This document shows, one piece after another, positions 12,480 to 22,466 of a stretch of 64,000 nt of DNA. The notes under the pieces are model-generated. The model was not told the origin of the DNA and searched no databases. It saw only the letters and a program-made list of their open reading frames with translations. This DNA is from Bacteroidetes/Chlorobi group bacterium MS-B_bin-24 (GTDB taxonomy: Bacteria > Bacteroidota > Ignavibacteria > Kapaibacteriales > UBA2268), in assembly GCA_003731685.1 (NCBI GenBank), contig RCNO01000005.1:980-64979 (forward strand), given 5' to 3'. Within the stretch, counting starts at the first letter, position 1. Every line of letters starts with the position of its first letter. A program made the position numbers and the translations under genes.

Positions 12480-14336
12480 TTAATTAACTTTTCCAAGTAA
12501 CTGATTATATTTTCTTTTGTCCAATAGGACTTTTAATGCTTCTTTGAAATAAGGGTCTTTTTGTAAGAGAACGAATCTGCTTTCCTCGAACGAAGCCTTT
12601 CTACGGTAAATTTCGTATGTTAAAATTTCGTAAATCTTCTCTCCCTGTTCTTTAACATAATCATCAATTCCTCGATGGGACATTTTAATTAATGAAAGTA
12701 AAACTTTTTCGGCTTTTTTGTTCGAAGGCAAATAGCTTGAATATTTCATAAGTGAGTCGAGATATATCTCGAATGGATTTCGGTATATAATTCCCTTTTT
12801 TTTCAAATATATTGCAAAATCTTTCAAAAGCTTTTCCTTTGGCTGGTTTCCATATTCTTTCGATTGATTTGTATTTTCGAGGTACGAAACAAAGAGAAGG
12901 AATAAATTTTTGTCGAAAAGAAAATTTATGAAAGTATTTTCGGGGAGAGACTTAACAGGAATATCTGGTTGAATACCATCGGATTCTTTGACGATTCTGC
13001 CATTTTTTGTATGGAAAATTGTATCGGAAACGAAGATTTTGTTAATCAAATCGCTTGATTTGGAAGTAAATCGGTTCCGATGGATACTTCTTCCCGATGG
13101 CGTAAAGTATTTCGAGGTGGTTAACTTCAAAAAAGTATTGTAAGGAAGGGGAACAACGCTTTGAACAACGCCTTTCCCGTAGGTTTGTTCTCCAATGATG
13201 AGCCCGCGGTCGTTGTCTTGGATAGCCCCTGCAACAACTTCGCTGGCGCTTGCAGTTCCGTTGTTCACAAGAATAACCAAGGGGGTAACTGTATCAATTG
13301 GAGCCATAGTTGCCAGGTAAATAACCGAATCTTTCGTATTCCTTCCACGAGTGGAAACAATCAATGAGCCCGGAGGCAAAAACATCTCGGAAAGTTGGAT
13401 TGCCGATTCAAGCGTGCCGCCCGGATTGTCCCGCAAATCTATAATGATTCCTTTACGTTGTTCAATAGGCCGGCTGACAAAATTTTTTATAAGGCTTTTC
13501 AATTCTTCAATGGACTTCTCAAGAAAGTGCTCCAAACGGACATAACAGATTTTTCCACCATCGGCATCGAATATTTTGAAAAGCGATACATCGTGGAGTT
13601 CGATTTTCCTTCGAAATGTATTAACTACAATCGGTGTATCGATTCCCTCGCGTTTGACAAGAACGGTTACGGGTGTATTCTCTTTCCCAGAAGTAAATTT
13701 TCTCAAAGTATCTAAATTCGGAGGGATACGGACAGAATCAAACCCAATAATTTTGTCCCCGAGTTTCAATCCGCTTAAATGTTTTGCAAGCGAATCAATA
13801 TAATCGACAACAATCAATGATGAATCGGAAACCACAACAACGATGCCCAAGCCAACGAAGTCGTTGTTGCTGATTGCTTCGTTCAATTCACTTTCGGAAT
13901 CGAAAAAGTTTGTGTATGGGTCTAAATCATCTGTTATGCCTTTAATTGCGTCTTTGGCTAAATCTTCGGGGTCTAATTTAACAACATAGTTTTTCAAAAT
14001 CTCACCAAATGCTGCACCAAAGATATCGAAAGATTTCTTTATCTTTAAGTAAAGTGTGTCGGAATTAGGGTCGCCGGTGTAACTTTCTTTTCCAATGAGT
14101 TCATTGAGCAATTTGATTAATCCTTCGAGCGAAAGAGTATCCAGCGGAGAGTTCGGCTCATTATCATTTTCATCTTCTTCGTTATCTATTTCCTGTTGTG
14201 GTGGGTCATCGTCTCCAAGAATGGCAAGGCTTTGTGCGAATTTGTTGTTTTGGTTGTATGGGAATGTTGAACCATTCGGAAAGAACAAAAACAAAAAAAG
14301 AGCAACGAAAAATGAAAACAAAAAACTTTTTTTCAT
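12480..14336 (-). CDS. S41-family C-terminal processing (tail-specific) peptidase
   Basis: 618 aa with a signal peptide and a PDZ-like segment. The S41 catalytic region is LVNNGTASASEVVAGAIQDNDRGLIIGEQTYGKG. Confidence 0.85.
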   Translation of the reverse strand: MKKSFLFSFFVALFLFLFFPNGSTFPYNQNNKFAQSLAILGDDDPPQQEIDNEEDENDNEPNSPLDTLSLEGLIKLLNELIGKESYTGDPNSDTLYLKIKKSFDIFGAAFGEILKNYVVKLDPEDLAKDAIKGITDDLDPYTNFFDSESELNEAISNNDFVGLGIVVVVSDSSLIVVDYIDSLAKHLSGLKLGDKIIGFDSVRIPPNLDTLRKFTSGKENTPVTVLVKREGIDTPIVVNTFRRKIELHDVSLFKIFDADGGKICYVRLEHFLEKSIEELKSLIKNFVSRPIEQRKGIIIDLRDNPGGTLESAIQLSEMFLPPGSLIVSTRGRNTKDSVIYLATMAPIDTVTPLVILVNNGTASASEVVAGAIQDNDRGLIIGEQTYGKGVVQSVVPLPYNTFLKLTTSKYFTPSGRSIHRNRFTSKSSDLINKIFVSDTIFHTKNGRIVKESDGIQPDIPVKSLPENTFINFLFDKNLFLLFVSYLENTNQSKEYGNQPKEKLLKDFAIYLKKKGIIYRNPFEIYLDSLMKYSSYLPSNKKAEKVLLSLIKMSHRGIDDYVKEQGEKIYEILTYEIYRRKASFEESRFVLLQKDPYFKEALKVLLDKRKYNQLLGKVN

Positions 14337-14349
14337 TTAATTTATCCCG

Positions 14350-15771
14350 TTACAAGCTTAATTTTTCTTTCAAATATGGAACAATTTGGGAAATATTTAT
14401 TCTTTCTTGCAACATCGAGTCGCGGTCGCGAATAGTAACAGTCTCGTCTTGCAAAGTCTGACCATCGACGGTAATGCAAAATGGAGTTCCGATTTCGTCC
14501 TGCCGTCGATAACGTCGACCTATTGCCCCCGAGTCATCATACATCGACTTGAAATGCTTTTGAACATCCTGATGAATTTTTCGAGCCAGCTCGGGCATAC
14601 CATCTTTGTTGACCAGCGGGAAGACAGCAACCTTGATAGGAGCAATTCTTGGGGTAAATCGCAGAACTGTTCTTTTTTCCAGTGTTCCCTTTTCAGATGG
14701 TGCTTCGTCTTCGTCATAGGCGTTGCAAATCAATGCCATTGTGGTTCGAGTTACCCCACCACTTGTTTCGACCACGTAAGGTATGTAACGCTTGTTGGTT
14801 AGCGAGTCGAAATATTCCAACTTCTTGCCGCTGTAACTTTGGTGGTTACGCAAATCGAAGTCCGTTCGGGAGTGTATTCCTTCGATTTCGCCCCATCCAA
14901 AGGGGAAATTGAATTCTATATCGACGGCGCGGCTGGCGTAGTGGGCAAGCTTCTCGTGTTCTTTGAAACGCAAGCTTTCGGCTTTGAACCCTAACGATTG
15001 ATACCATTTCAGTCTTTCTTCCATCCAATATTCAAACCAGTGGTTTTCGGTTCCTGGTTCGACGAAGTATTGCATTTCCATCTGCTCGAATTCTCGAGTT
15101 CGGAACAAAAAGTTCTTCGTGTTTATTTCGTTGCGAAAGGCTTTGCCAATTTGAGCAATTCCGAAAGGAATTTTTTGCCGGGAACTATCCAAAACATTTT
15201 TGAAGTTCACGTAAATCCCTTGTGCAGTTTCGGGCCGAAGATATACTACACTCGAAGCATCTTCGACCGCACCAATGAATGTTTTGAACATCAAGTTGAA
15301 ATTTCGGACCTCGGTCCATTCTGTTGTTCCGCTAACAGGGTCAAGTATTTTATATTCAACAATAATGTCATAAAAATCTTTTGGTTCGGTGGCTTTGGAA
15401 AGTTTTTGTTCAATTTCGGTGGCGAGTTCAGTTTTGTTCTTCTTTTTCAACCGCTCGATGTATTCTTCGATTAAATTATCGGCTCGGTAGCGAGCTTTGC
15501 TAACTTTGTTGTCAATCATCGGGTCGGTAAATTGAGCCACGTGACCGCTGGCTTCCCACACTTTCGGGTGCATCAGGATTGATGAGTCCAGCCCCTCGAT
15601 GTCATCGCGGTAAGTCATTGCCTTCCACCATTCTTCTTTTAGATTGCGGAGTAGTTCCACGCCGAGGGGACCAAAGTCCCAGCATCCATTAAGACCGCCG
15701 TAAATTTCGGATGATTGAAAAACAAAGCCACGCCGCTTTGCCAATGAAATTATCGTGTCGAGTGTAACCAT
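14350..15771 (-). CDS. glyQS: glycine--tRNA ligase (dimeric GlyQS type)
   Basis: The conserved N-terminus MVTLDTIISLAKRRGFVFQSSEIYGGLNGCWDFGPLG begins at ATG 15771. The track ORF adds 20 unlikely codons up to 15831. Confidence 0.93.
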   Translation of the reverse strand: MVTLDTIISLAKRRGFVFQSSEIYGGLNGCWDFGPLGVELLRNLKEEWWKAMTYRDDIEGLDSSILMHPKVWEASGHVAQFTDPMIDNKVSKARYRADNLIEEYIERLKKKNKTELATEIEQKLSKATEPKDFYDIIVEYKILDPVSGTTEWTEVRNFNLMFKTFIGAVEDASSVVYLRPETAQGIYVNFKNVLDSSRQKIPFGIAQIGKAFRNEINTKNFLFRTREFEQMEMQYFVEPGTENHWFEYWMEERLKWYQSLGFKAESLRFKEHEKLAHYASRAVDIEFNFPFGWGEIEGIHSRTDFDLRNHQSYSGKKLEYFDSLTNKRYIPYVVETSGGVTRTTMALICNAYDEDEAPSEKGTLEKRTVLRFTPRIAPIKVAVFPLVNKDGMPELARKIHQDVQKHFKSMYDDSGAIGRRYRRQDEIGTPFCITVDGQTLQDETVTIRDRDSMLQERINISQIVPYLKEKLSL

Positions 15772-15886
15772 TTTGATATTTTTTAAAAATACAAAATTAC
15801 GAAAACGATAAATTGCCTTTTTGATTTTCATTGATTTAAATCTTTTATGAATTTTGTATTTTGAAAATCAATTTTTTGCTTATAAA

Positions 15887-16939
15887 ATGAATTTATCTCG
15901 AAGAGATTTTTTGGTTTTGACTGCTTTGAGCTCAGTTAACACAGCAATTTTAAAATCCCAAAACAAGCTGTCAATGAACAATTCAGCAAAAACAAAGATT
16001 AAACCGGCGAGGCTGAGGAAAAATGACCTTGTAGGTGTTGTTGCTCCCGGGACCGCGGTTCCCGACCCTGACGATATTCTTCGGGCACAGGAAATACTTG
16101 CAAACCTTGAACTTCGATGGAGATTTTCTGAAAGTATTACTCGCGGAACAAATTATCGTTCACGCTCGGTAGGCGAGCGGCTGGATGAACTAATGAAAAT
16201 GTTTACCGACCCTGAAATTCGAGGGATATTTTGTATTCGTGGTGGCTACGGAAGCGCTCAACTTCTCGACAAAATCGATTATTCAATCATTTCAAGCAAT
16301 CCGAAGATTTTTTTAGGTTACAGCGATATTACTGCGTTGCATATTGCAATCAACAAATTTACAGGCTTAATCACTTTTCACGGACCTGTTTTGCTTTCTC
16401 CTTTTACCCCGTATACATTTAACAATCTTAAAAATGTGTTATTTGGTATGTCTGCTGAACCATTAATTCGTAATCCTATTGAAACGAACGCAATTCGAGC
16501 GAGCCACCCCATTAGAACCATAAGAGAAGGAACTGCCGAAGGCATTGTGATTGGTGGAAATCTTTCGATTATTTGCTCTTTGCTTGGGACGCCCTATGAA
16601 TACGACTACAAGGATGCTTTGCTTTTGCTCGAAGATGTTCAAGAGGAACCTTATCGTATTGACAGAATGTTGAATCATCTACGATTGGCTGGCAAACTCA
16701 ACCAAGTTCGAGGAATTGCTTTTGGCGAGTGCAAAGATTGCCTGCCTTCGAGCCCAAGCGTTTGGGATTTTTCTCTTGGCGAAGTTCTGGATTACTACTT
16801 CAAACCTTTAAACGTTCCTTCGTTTTACGGTTTGTGTATTGGGCATACACCTGACCAAGCCACGATTGCTATCGGCGCCAGAGCCATTCTTGATGCAAAA
16901 ACTGGCACCCTCCAGTACCTTGAATCAGTTGTAGATTAA
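15887..16939 (+). CDS. LD-carboxypeptidase (peptidase S66) with a Tat-like signal
   Basis: S66 nucleophile motif FLGYSDITALH. The ATG at 15887 gives MNLSRRDFLVLTALSS, a twin-arginine-like leader. Confidence 0.8.
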   Translation: MNLSRRDFLVLTALSSVNTAILKSQNKLSMNNSAKTKIKPARLRKNDLVGVVAPGTAVPDPDDILRAQEILANLELRWRFSESITRGTNYRSRSVGERLDELMKMFTDPEIRGIFCIRGGYGSAQLLDKIDYSIISSNPKIFLGYSDITALHIAINKFTGLITFHGPVLLSPFTPYTFNNLKNVLFGMSAEPLIRNPIETNAIRASHPIRTIREGTAEGIVIGGNLSIICSLLGTPYEYDYKDALLLLEDVQEEPYRIDRMLNHLRLAGKLNQVRGIAFGECKDCLPSSPSVWDFSLGEVLDYYFKPLNVPSFYGLCIGHTPDQATIAIGARAILDAKTGTLQYLESVVD

Positions 16940-17236
16940 TCCTGACCAAAATTTTTTGTTAAAGGAAATTTTTATTGTGCAATAGTCCCTTGTGCACTGA
17001 CACTTTCACTGAAAGAGAAGTTGTTTATTTTTAAAAGCGATTGGCGATGTAAAGAGATTGCTCGAAATACTGTACCGAAAAATCCATTATAAACCTCCGT
17101 ATTCTCTGTGGTTAAATTTTTTCACCAAAGAGGGCAAAGAGATATGCAAAAATGCAATACTTTTTGAGTTTCAAAATCTTTTGAGTATTTGATTTCTTTT
17201 AGAAAATTTTAAATCCAGCTTCTTTTTGAATTTACC

Positions 17237-17269
17237 AGACATCGGATGTTTGAAAAACATCCGATGTCT
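17237..17269. repeat. 33-bp palindromic intergenic repeat, copy 3 (loop GAA)
   Basis: AGACATCGGATGTTT-GAA-AAACATCCGATGTCT. It lies 46 nt downstream of the fliO stop, between convergent genes. Confidence 0.95.
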
Positions 17270-17314
17270 TTCCAAAGTGAACAAGGGTTTGATAAATTGG
17301 TTACTTTACCTTAC

Positions 17315-17701
17315 TCAATTTTTGGAGCGTTTAAATGTTTCTTTCAGGAAGTTTTTGAAAGAAAGGTGAGGTTCGCCGAGTTCATCGGATTGAATTGAGG
17401 ATGTTTCGAAATTGCTGGATTGACTTCTTTGGGATGATGATTGCATTACCTTTGTTAAGTCGGCAATTGCAGTAACATTTTGGTCGCTCACACCAATCAA
17501 TATATAATGATTCCCTATCTGAATAATGTAGAGAGAAACCTTGTTTGAAAGTGGCAAACGAGAGACAATTTTAAAATTGACCCCGAGGGAGTGAATTTTT
17601 TTCTGCGTAAGATTTTTTTTAAGAAAATTAGAAAGGAGAAACACCCCGACCACGAACCCCACGACAATCAAGAGAGACTGAAGCAATTCCCCATTGGGCA
17701 T
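17315..17701 (-). CDS. fliO: flagellar biosynthesis protein FliO (tentative)
   Basis: 128 aa with a single N-terminal TM helix. The FliO-like core is KIVSRLPLSNKVSLYIIQIGNHYILIGVSDQNVTAI. It sits directly after fliN. Confidence 0.6.
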   Translation of the reverse strand: MPNGELLQSLLIVVGFVVGVFLLSNFLKKNLTQKKIHSLGVNFKIVSRLPLSNKVSLYIIQIGNHYILIGVSDQNVTAIADLTKVMQSSSQRSQSSNFETSSIQSDELGEPHLSFKNFLKETFKRSKN

Positions 17702-17705
17702 AGCT

Positions 17706-18131
17706 TTACCTTTTAATTGTCTTCAACCGCTCGGTGGGGTCGACAAGTGTTGTGATTCTAATGCCGAAATGTTTATCGATGACAACAACTTCGCCCTCGG
17801 CAATCTTCTTGCCATTAACAAGGACATCGACCGGTTCACTGACAAGTTTGTCGAATTCAATAACCGAGCCTCTACCAAGATAAAGAATATCGCGAATCAA
17901 CATATTTGTTCTACCTAATTCAATCGAAACAGGCAATTGCAAATCGTACAGCAATTCCAACTTGGGGTCGAGCGGGGAATATATTGTTTCGCCAGTACCT
18001 TCCATTTTAATGGCTGGGATAGTAGCACTTTCGGGAAATTGCGTTTCGGATGTTTCGGTTTTCTGTCCTTCGCCCGGTGGAATTCCACCGCTACTTATCA
18101 GAGCATCAATTTCTTCTTGGGTTAAGGACAT
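17706..18131 (-). CDS. fliN: flagellar motor switch protein FliN
   Basis: 141 aa. The SpoA/FliN C-terminal domain is LPVSIELGRTNMLIRDILYLGRGSVIEFDKLVSEPVDVLVNGKKIAEGEVVVIDKHFGIRIT. Confidence 0.9.
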   Translation of the reverse strand: MSLTQEEIDALISSGGIPPGEGQKTETSETQFPESATIPAIKMEGTGETIYSPLDPKLELLYDLQLPVSIELGRTNMLIRDILYLGRGSVIEFDKLVSEPVDVLVNGKKIAEGEVVVIDKHFGIRITTLVDPTERLKTIKR

Positions 18132-18133
18132 TG

Positions 18134-19165
18134 TTATTCCTCCTCTTTGTACAACAAATCATCTTCGACAAGGTCTTCGTCGCGCAAAGGTCGAATGATT
18201 TTCACAGCCTTTTTGCCATCGATTGTTCCGGGTCGACCTGCAAATTTTTTCTTTCCTGCAATTGAAATAATGGCTTCGTCTGTAATTTTATTTTTTAATT
18301 TAATTATGTCTCCAACTTTCAGCTCCAGAAGTTCTTTTACGGTAATAGTAGTTTTACCAAGTTCCGCAGTTACGGTCAAATATGTTTTAGCCATATGCCG
18401 TTTAATAGTTTCGATGTTCTCCCGAATTTTCTCGGGAGGCATTTTGACCGGACCAGCAGTAACTTGTTGTCGGGTAAGTTTGGTTAGAACTTCCTCCAGA
18501 GCGAAAGTTGGGAAGCAAAGGTTCATCAAATAGGTATGTAAACCAATATTTACATCGAAAGAAACAACGATAACTATTTCGGACGACGGGGCGATTTGAA
18601 CAAAGTCGGCTTCCATTTCGAGCCGCTGATATTTAAAGGAAAGTTCTGCAATCGACCGCCAAGCATTCTGCAAATCGTGAAGAGCATGCTCAATAACGCC
18701 TCGGATAACAGCCTGTTCAATAGGAGTGATTTGCCGTGGCTTTGGTTGCGTTTCGCCACTTCCACCGAGTAGCCGCTCGACAAGAATTAAAGCAAGTTGA
18801 GGGCTGATTTCCAATATTCCAGAACCATCGGTTCCTTTTATATCAAATACATACAGGCAACTTGGGTTCGACACCGAAAGTATGTATTCTGAATAAAACA
18901 GCTGGTCGACAGATGTTACCGAAATCGATACAACAGTTTGCAGTCTCGAAACAAGATAATATCCAAAGGATTCGGCGAAGTTTTCGTGGATACTTTGCAG
19001 TGTTCGAACCTGCGACTTCGAGATTCTATTAGGCCTTCGGAAATCATAATTGGTAATTTCGGCTCGTTTTAGACGCTCGCCAACGAAGTCCTCGACATCG
19101 AGGGCTCCGGTGGACATCTCCTGCAATAAACTATCTATTTCGTGTTGCGATAATACTTCGCTCAT
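18134..19165 (-). CDS. fliM: flagellar motor switch protein FliM
   Basis: 343 aa. The N-terminal CheY-P binding peptide is LSQHEIDSLL. The middle domain is CheC-like, and the C-terminus is a SpoA domain. Confidence 0.9.
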   Translation of the reverse strand: MSEVLSQHEIDSLLQEMSTGALDVEDFVGERLKRAEITNYDFRRPNRISKSQVRTLQSIHENFAESFGYYLVSRLQTVVSISVTSVDQLFYSEYILSVSNPSCLYVFDIKGTDGSGILEISPQLALILVERLLGGSGETQPKPRQITPIEQAVIRGVIEHALHDLQNAWRSIAELSFKYQRLEMEADFVQIAPSSEIVIVVSFDVNIGLHTYLMNLCFPTFALEEVLTKLTRQQVTAGPVKMPPEKIRENIETIKRHMAKTYLTVTAELGKTTITVKELLELKVGDIIKLKNKITDEAIISIAGKKKFAGRPGTIDGKKAVKIIRPLRDEDLVEDDLLYKEEE

Positions 19166-19180
19166 ATGCCAAATCTATAT

Positions 19181-19804
19181 TTATTGAATAATAAATTCTT
19201 GTAAATAAACTTCACCAAGCACCAGTTCGTGGCTCGAGAATATTGTTTTCAGGCTATCTTTGAACTCATTTGCGAGTTGGTTTCGTCTCTGCTGAAGTTC
19301 AGCAACCGTAAGTGAACCAAGAATTTGATTTACCTTGCCACGAAGCTGGCCCATTATTTCTGGGGGCAGTCCGGCGCCTTCCTTACCTTCGCCCATTAGT
19401 TCTTTTAGTACTTTTTCGTCGGTAGCATAGAACCGAAGCCCGAGATTAACAACTACGAATTGGTCGGAATTAAGGGGATTTGTCGTTATTCTTCCTGTTT
19501 CGATATACTTAATTAATTTTTTGTCGACCCCTGCAAAAGGTCCTTTTGCCTCAGTTTTTTTTTCAGTTTCTTTCACTTCGGTCGACTCGGCTTTTTTCCC
19601 TCCGCCACCCATATTTTCAACAATGTAAGGCAAGAAAAGAAAACGAGTTGCAAGTATCAAAATCAAAAGGGAACCAAAAACAATAGCAAGAATTGGAACA
19701 AGCCCCAACCCACCCGAAGCCTTCGGTTCCTTTTTGGTTTCAGTCTCTTGACTTTCGAGATTTTCGTTCTCTTCCGTTTTTGCCATAATTTCACCTTTAA
19801 TCAA
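19181..19804 (-). CDS. fliL: flagellar basal-body-associated protein FliL
   Basis: It has one TM helix (GLVPILAIVFGSLLILILATRFLF) and a FliL-type C-terminus ending LGEVYLQEFIIQ. The ATG at 19786 (MAKTEE) is an equally plausible start. Confidence 0.8.
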   Translation of the reverse strand: MIKGEIMAKTEENENLESQETETKKEPKASGGLGLVPILAIVFGSLLILILATRFLFLPYIVENMGGGGKKAESTEVKETEKKTEAKGPFAGVDKKLIKYIETGRITTNPLNSDQFVVVNLGLRFYATDEKVLKELMGEGKEGAGLPPEIMGQLRGKVNQILGSLTVAELQQRRNQLANEFKDSLKTIFSSHELVLGEVYLQEFIIQ

Positions 19805-19954
19805 AATTTACAAAATAAAAATTGTGCCAATGTAAAAGTTACTTTATTACTATATTTTTCAATACTTTCCAGCCATAAATGCAATTTCAATATTTGGCTA
19901 AAATTAACCAATCTTCATAATAATAATCGAAAAAAGTAAAAAAAATTGTAATTT

Positions 19955-21109
19955 TCACCACTTTTTCATTATCTCTCGTGCAATGACAAGGTGTTGAATT
20001 TCGGATGTTCCCTCGTATATTTCGGTAACTTTGGCATCGCGCATCATTCGTTCGACTTGGTATTCGCGGACGTAGCCATAGCCGCCGTGGATTTGGACTG
20101 CTTCGCGAGTTATTTCGTTTGCAATAGTAGTGGCAAATAGCTTTGCTTCCGAAGCTTCTTGAATATGGTCGTAGCCATTATCTCTTAGCCAAGCAACCTT
20201 GTAAATCAAAAGGCGTGCAGCGTTGATTTTCATCGACATCTGCGCCAGCTTTGCTTGAATCAATTGGTGCTCGATGATTGGTTTCCCAAAGGCTTTTCGT
20301 TCTTTGGCGTAGCGGACCGAAGCTTCGAATGCCCCTTGGGCAATTCCCAGCGCCTGAGCAGCAATTCCAATGCGTCCCCCATTTAATCCGCGCATAGCAA
20401 TGTAGAATCCTTCGCCAACTTTCCCAATGATATTTTCGTCGGGAACCTCGACGTTCGTCAAGCCGATAGAAGTAGTATCGCTTGAACGCAACCCCATTTT
20501 GTCCTCTTTCTTGCCCGGCTCAAAGCCCGGCGTCCCCTTTTCGACTGCAAAGCAAGTGATTCCTTTGTAGCCTAAATCGAAGTTGGTATTTGCAAAGACA
20601 ACATAAATATCGGCATTTTGTCCCGTGGTAATCCAATTTTTGGTTCCGTTCAGGATCCAACGGTCGCCTTTTCTTACTGCAAAAGTTTTGATTTGAGTTG
20701 CGTCGCTGCCGGCTTCGGGTTCACTCAGGCAGTATGCTCCGATTATCTCGCCAGCAGCAAGCCGACGAAGGTATTTCTCTTTCAAAAGGTCTGAGCCATA
20801 TTTCTCGAAAATCCAATTAACAAGAGAATTGTGGACAGAGAAAATAACTCCGACCGAAGCATCGACCTTGCTAATCTCCTCCATTGCAATAACGTAGCTA
20901 ATTGTGTCGAGGCCGCTTCCACCCCATTGTGGCGAAACCATCATACCCAAGAAACCAAGCTCGCCAAGTTTTTTGATTATCTCGCGAGGGAATTCGCCTG
21001 TGATATCGCGCTGTATTGCTGTCGGGGCAATCTCTTCGATGGCAAACTTGCGAATTGTGTCGCGAATCTGTTCGTGAATTTCATCAAGTTGGAACGAAAT
21101 CATTTCCAC
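19955..21109 (-). CDS. acyl-CoA dehydrogenase (short-chain/butyryl-CoA type)
   Basis: 384 aa. Motifs GAYCLSEPEAGSDA, QIHGGYGYVREYQVERMMRDAKVTEIYEGTSEIQ. Confidence 0.92.
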   Translation of the reverse strand: MEMISFQLDEIHEQIRDTIRKFAIEEIAPTAIQRDITGEFPREIIKKLGELGFLGMMVSPQWGGSGLDTISYVIAMEEISKVDASVGVIFSVHNSLVNWIFEKYGSDLLKEKYLRRLAAGEIIGAYCLSEPEAGSDATQIKTFAVRKGDRWILNGTKNWITTGQNADIYVVFANTNFDLGYKGITCFAVEKGTPGFEPGKKEDKMGLRSSDTTSIGLTNVEVPDENIIGKVGEGFYIAMRGLNGGRIGIAAQALGIAQGAFEASVRYAKERKAFGKPIIEHQLIQAKLAQMSMKINAARLLIYKVAWLRDNGYDHIQEASEAKLFATTIANEITREAVQIHGGYGYVREYQVERMMRDAKVTEIYEGTSEIQHLVIAREIMKKW

Positions 21110-21187
21110 CCATCAGATAAAATAACCCAATGCAAATTAAAAAATTTTTTGGTTTTTAAATCGTTTTTCTTTTTTGTTGGTTAATTT

Positions 21188-22465
21188 TTGGTGATGATTA
21201 ATAACGAAAGTTTACCCGAAAGAGCACTTTTAGTTGCAATTCCGAAGAAAGGGACATCGAAAGAAGTTATCGAAGAGCATCTCGAAGAGTTAGCCTCGCT
21301 GGTCGAAACAGCGGGGGGCAATGTTGTCGATACTGTTTACCAAGAAGTTATTTCGTTGAACCCTGCCACTGCAATTGGCAAAGGTAAAGTTGCCGAAATT
21401 AAGTCGATTATCCAAGAAAAAGAAGTTACTCTTGTTGTATTCGATGACGACCTCACACCTGTTCAAACTAAGAACCTCGAAAATGAATTTCAAGTGAAAG
21501 TAATCGACCGAACCACTTTGATACTTGCGATTTTTGCTCAACACGCACGGACATTGGAAGCGAAGACCCAAGTTGAACTTGCTCAACTGCAATATCTTTT
21601 GCCTCGGCTAACTCGGCTTTGGCTTCACCTTTCTAAACAATATGGTGGAATTGGTACCAAAGGACCCGGCGAAAAGCAAATCGAAACCGACCGACGGCTT
21701 GTTAAAGCAAGAATTCAAAGATTACAATCGAAATTGAAAGATATTGCAAAACAGAAAGAAATCGAACGAAAGCAACGGGAATCTTTCTTTAAATTTGCAC
21801 TCGTTGGTTATACGAATGCTGGCAAATCGACATTAATGCGGTTGCTAACAAATTCAGAAGTTTTGGTCGAAAATAAACTATTTGCGACTTTGGATACAAC
21901 AACGCGAGCATTACGTCTGCCAAACGAGAAGATTGTTTTGATTTCCGATACAGTTGGTTTTATACGGAAGTTGCCGACCCATCTTGTTGCATCTTTCAGA
22001 AGTACACTTTCAGAAGTTCGCTATGCTAATGCTTTGATACACGTTGCCGATGCCAGCCACAGATTCTTGAATGAACAAATTGCCGTTGTGAACGAGACTT
22101 TGGAAAGTATGAATTTACAACACAAGCCTGTAATACTTGTTTTGAACAAAATTGACTTACTCGAAGACAAAGAGTACATTCGATATTTACAGCGTGAATA
22201 CCCCGAAGCCATACTTATTTCTGCCGAAAGGGGAATTAACATCAATGCACTGCTCGAGAAGATGCAAAAAGTCATCGAAAACGAGTCGAAGTTTGTTAAA
22301 GTTTTCTTACCCTACGAAAAATTCGATATGGTTCCTTTGCTCTATCAATTTTCCAGTGTTGTTAAAAAAGAGGAAAAAACCGAAGGCGTTGAATTTTACA
22401 CCAAATTGCTCAAAAACAGGGAAGATTTCTTCCACAATCTTTTTAAACCATTCATAACAAATTGA
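21188..22465 (+). CDS. hflX: GTPase HflX
   Basis: 425 aa with an HflX N-domain (DRTTLILAIFAQHARTLEAKTQVELAQLQY). The G1 motif is LVGYTNAGKSTL and the G3 motif is DTVGF. Confidence 0.93.
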   Translation: MVMINNESLPERALLVAIPKKGTSKEVIEEHLEELASLVETAGGNVVDTVYQEVISLNPATAIGKGKVAEIKSIIQEKEVTLVVFDDDLTPVQTKNLENEFQVKVIDRTTLILAIFAQHARTLEAKTQVELAQLQYLLPRLTRLWLHLSKQYGGIGTKGPGEKQIETDRRLVKARIQRLQSKLKDIAKQKEIERKQRESFFKFALVGYTNAGKSTLMRLLTNSEVLVENKLFATLDTTTRALRLPNEKIVLISDTVGFIRKLPTHLVASFRSTLSEVRYANALIHVADASHRFLNEQIAVVNETLESMNLQHKPVILVLNKIDLLEDKEYIRYLQREYPEAILISAERGININALLEKMQKVIENESKFVKVFLPYEKFDMVPLLYQFSSVVKKEEKTEGVEFYTKLLKNREDFFHNLFKPFITN

Positions 22466-22466
22466 G

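Noticed and set aside
19824-19829. A sigma-54-like TGGCAC (minus strand) about 20-40 nt upstream of fliL.
   Set aside because: The -12 element reads TTAT instead of TTGC at the required spacing, so the GC dinucleotide is missing. A single hexamer match is not evidence of a promoter.
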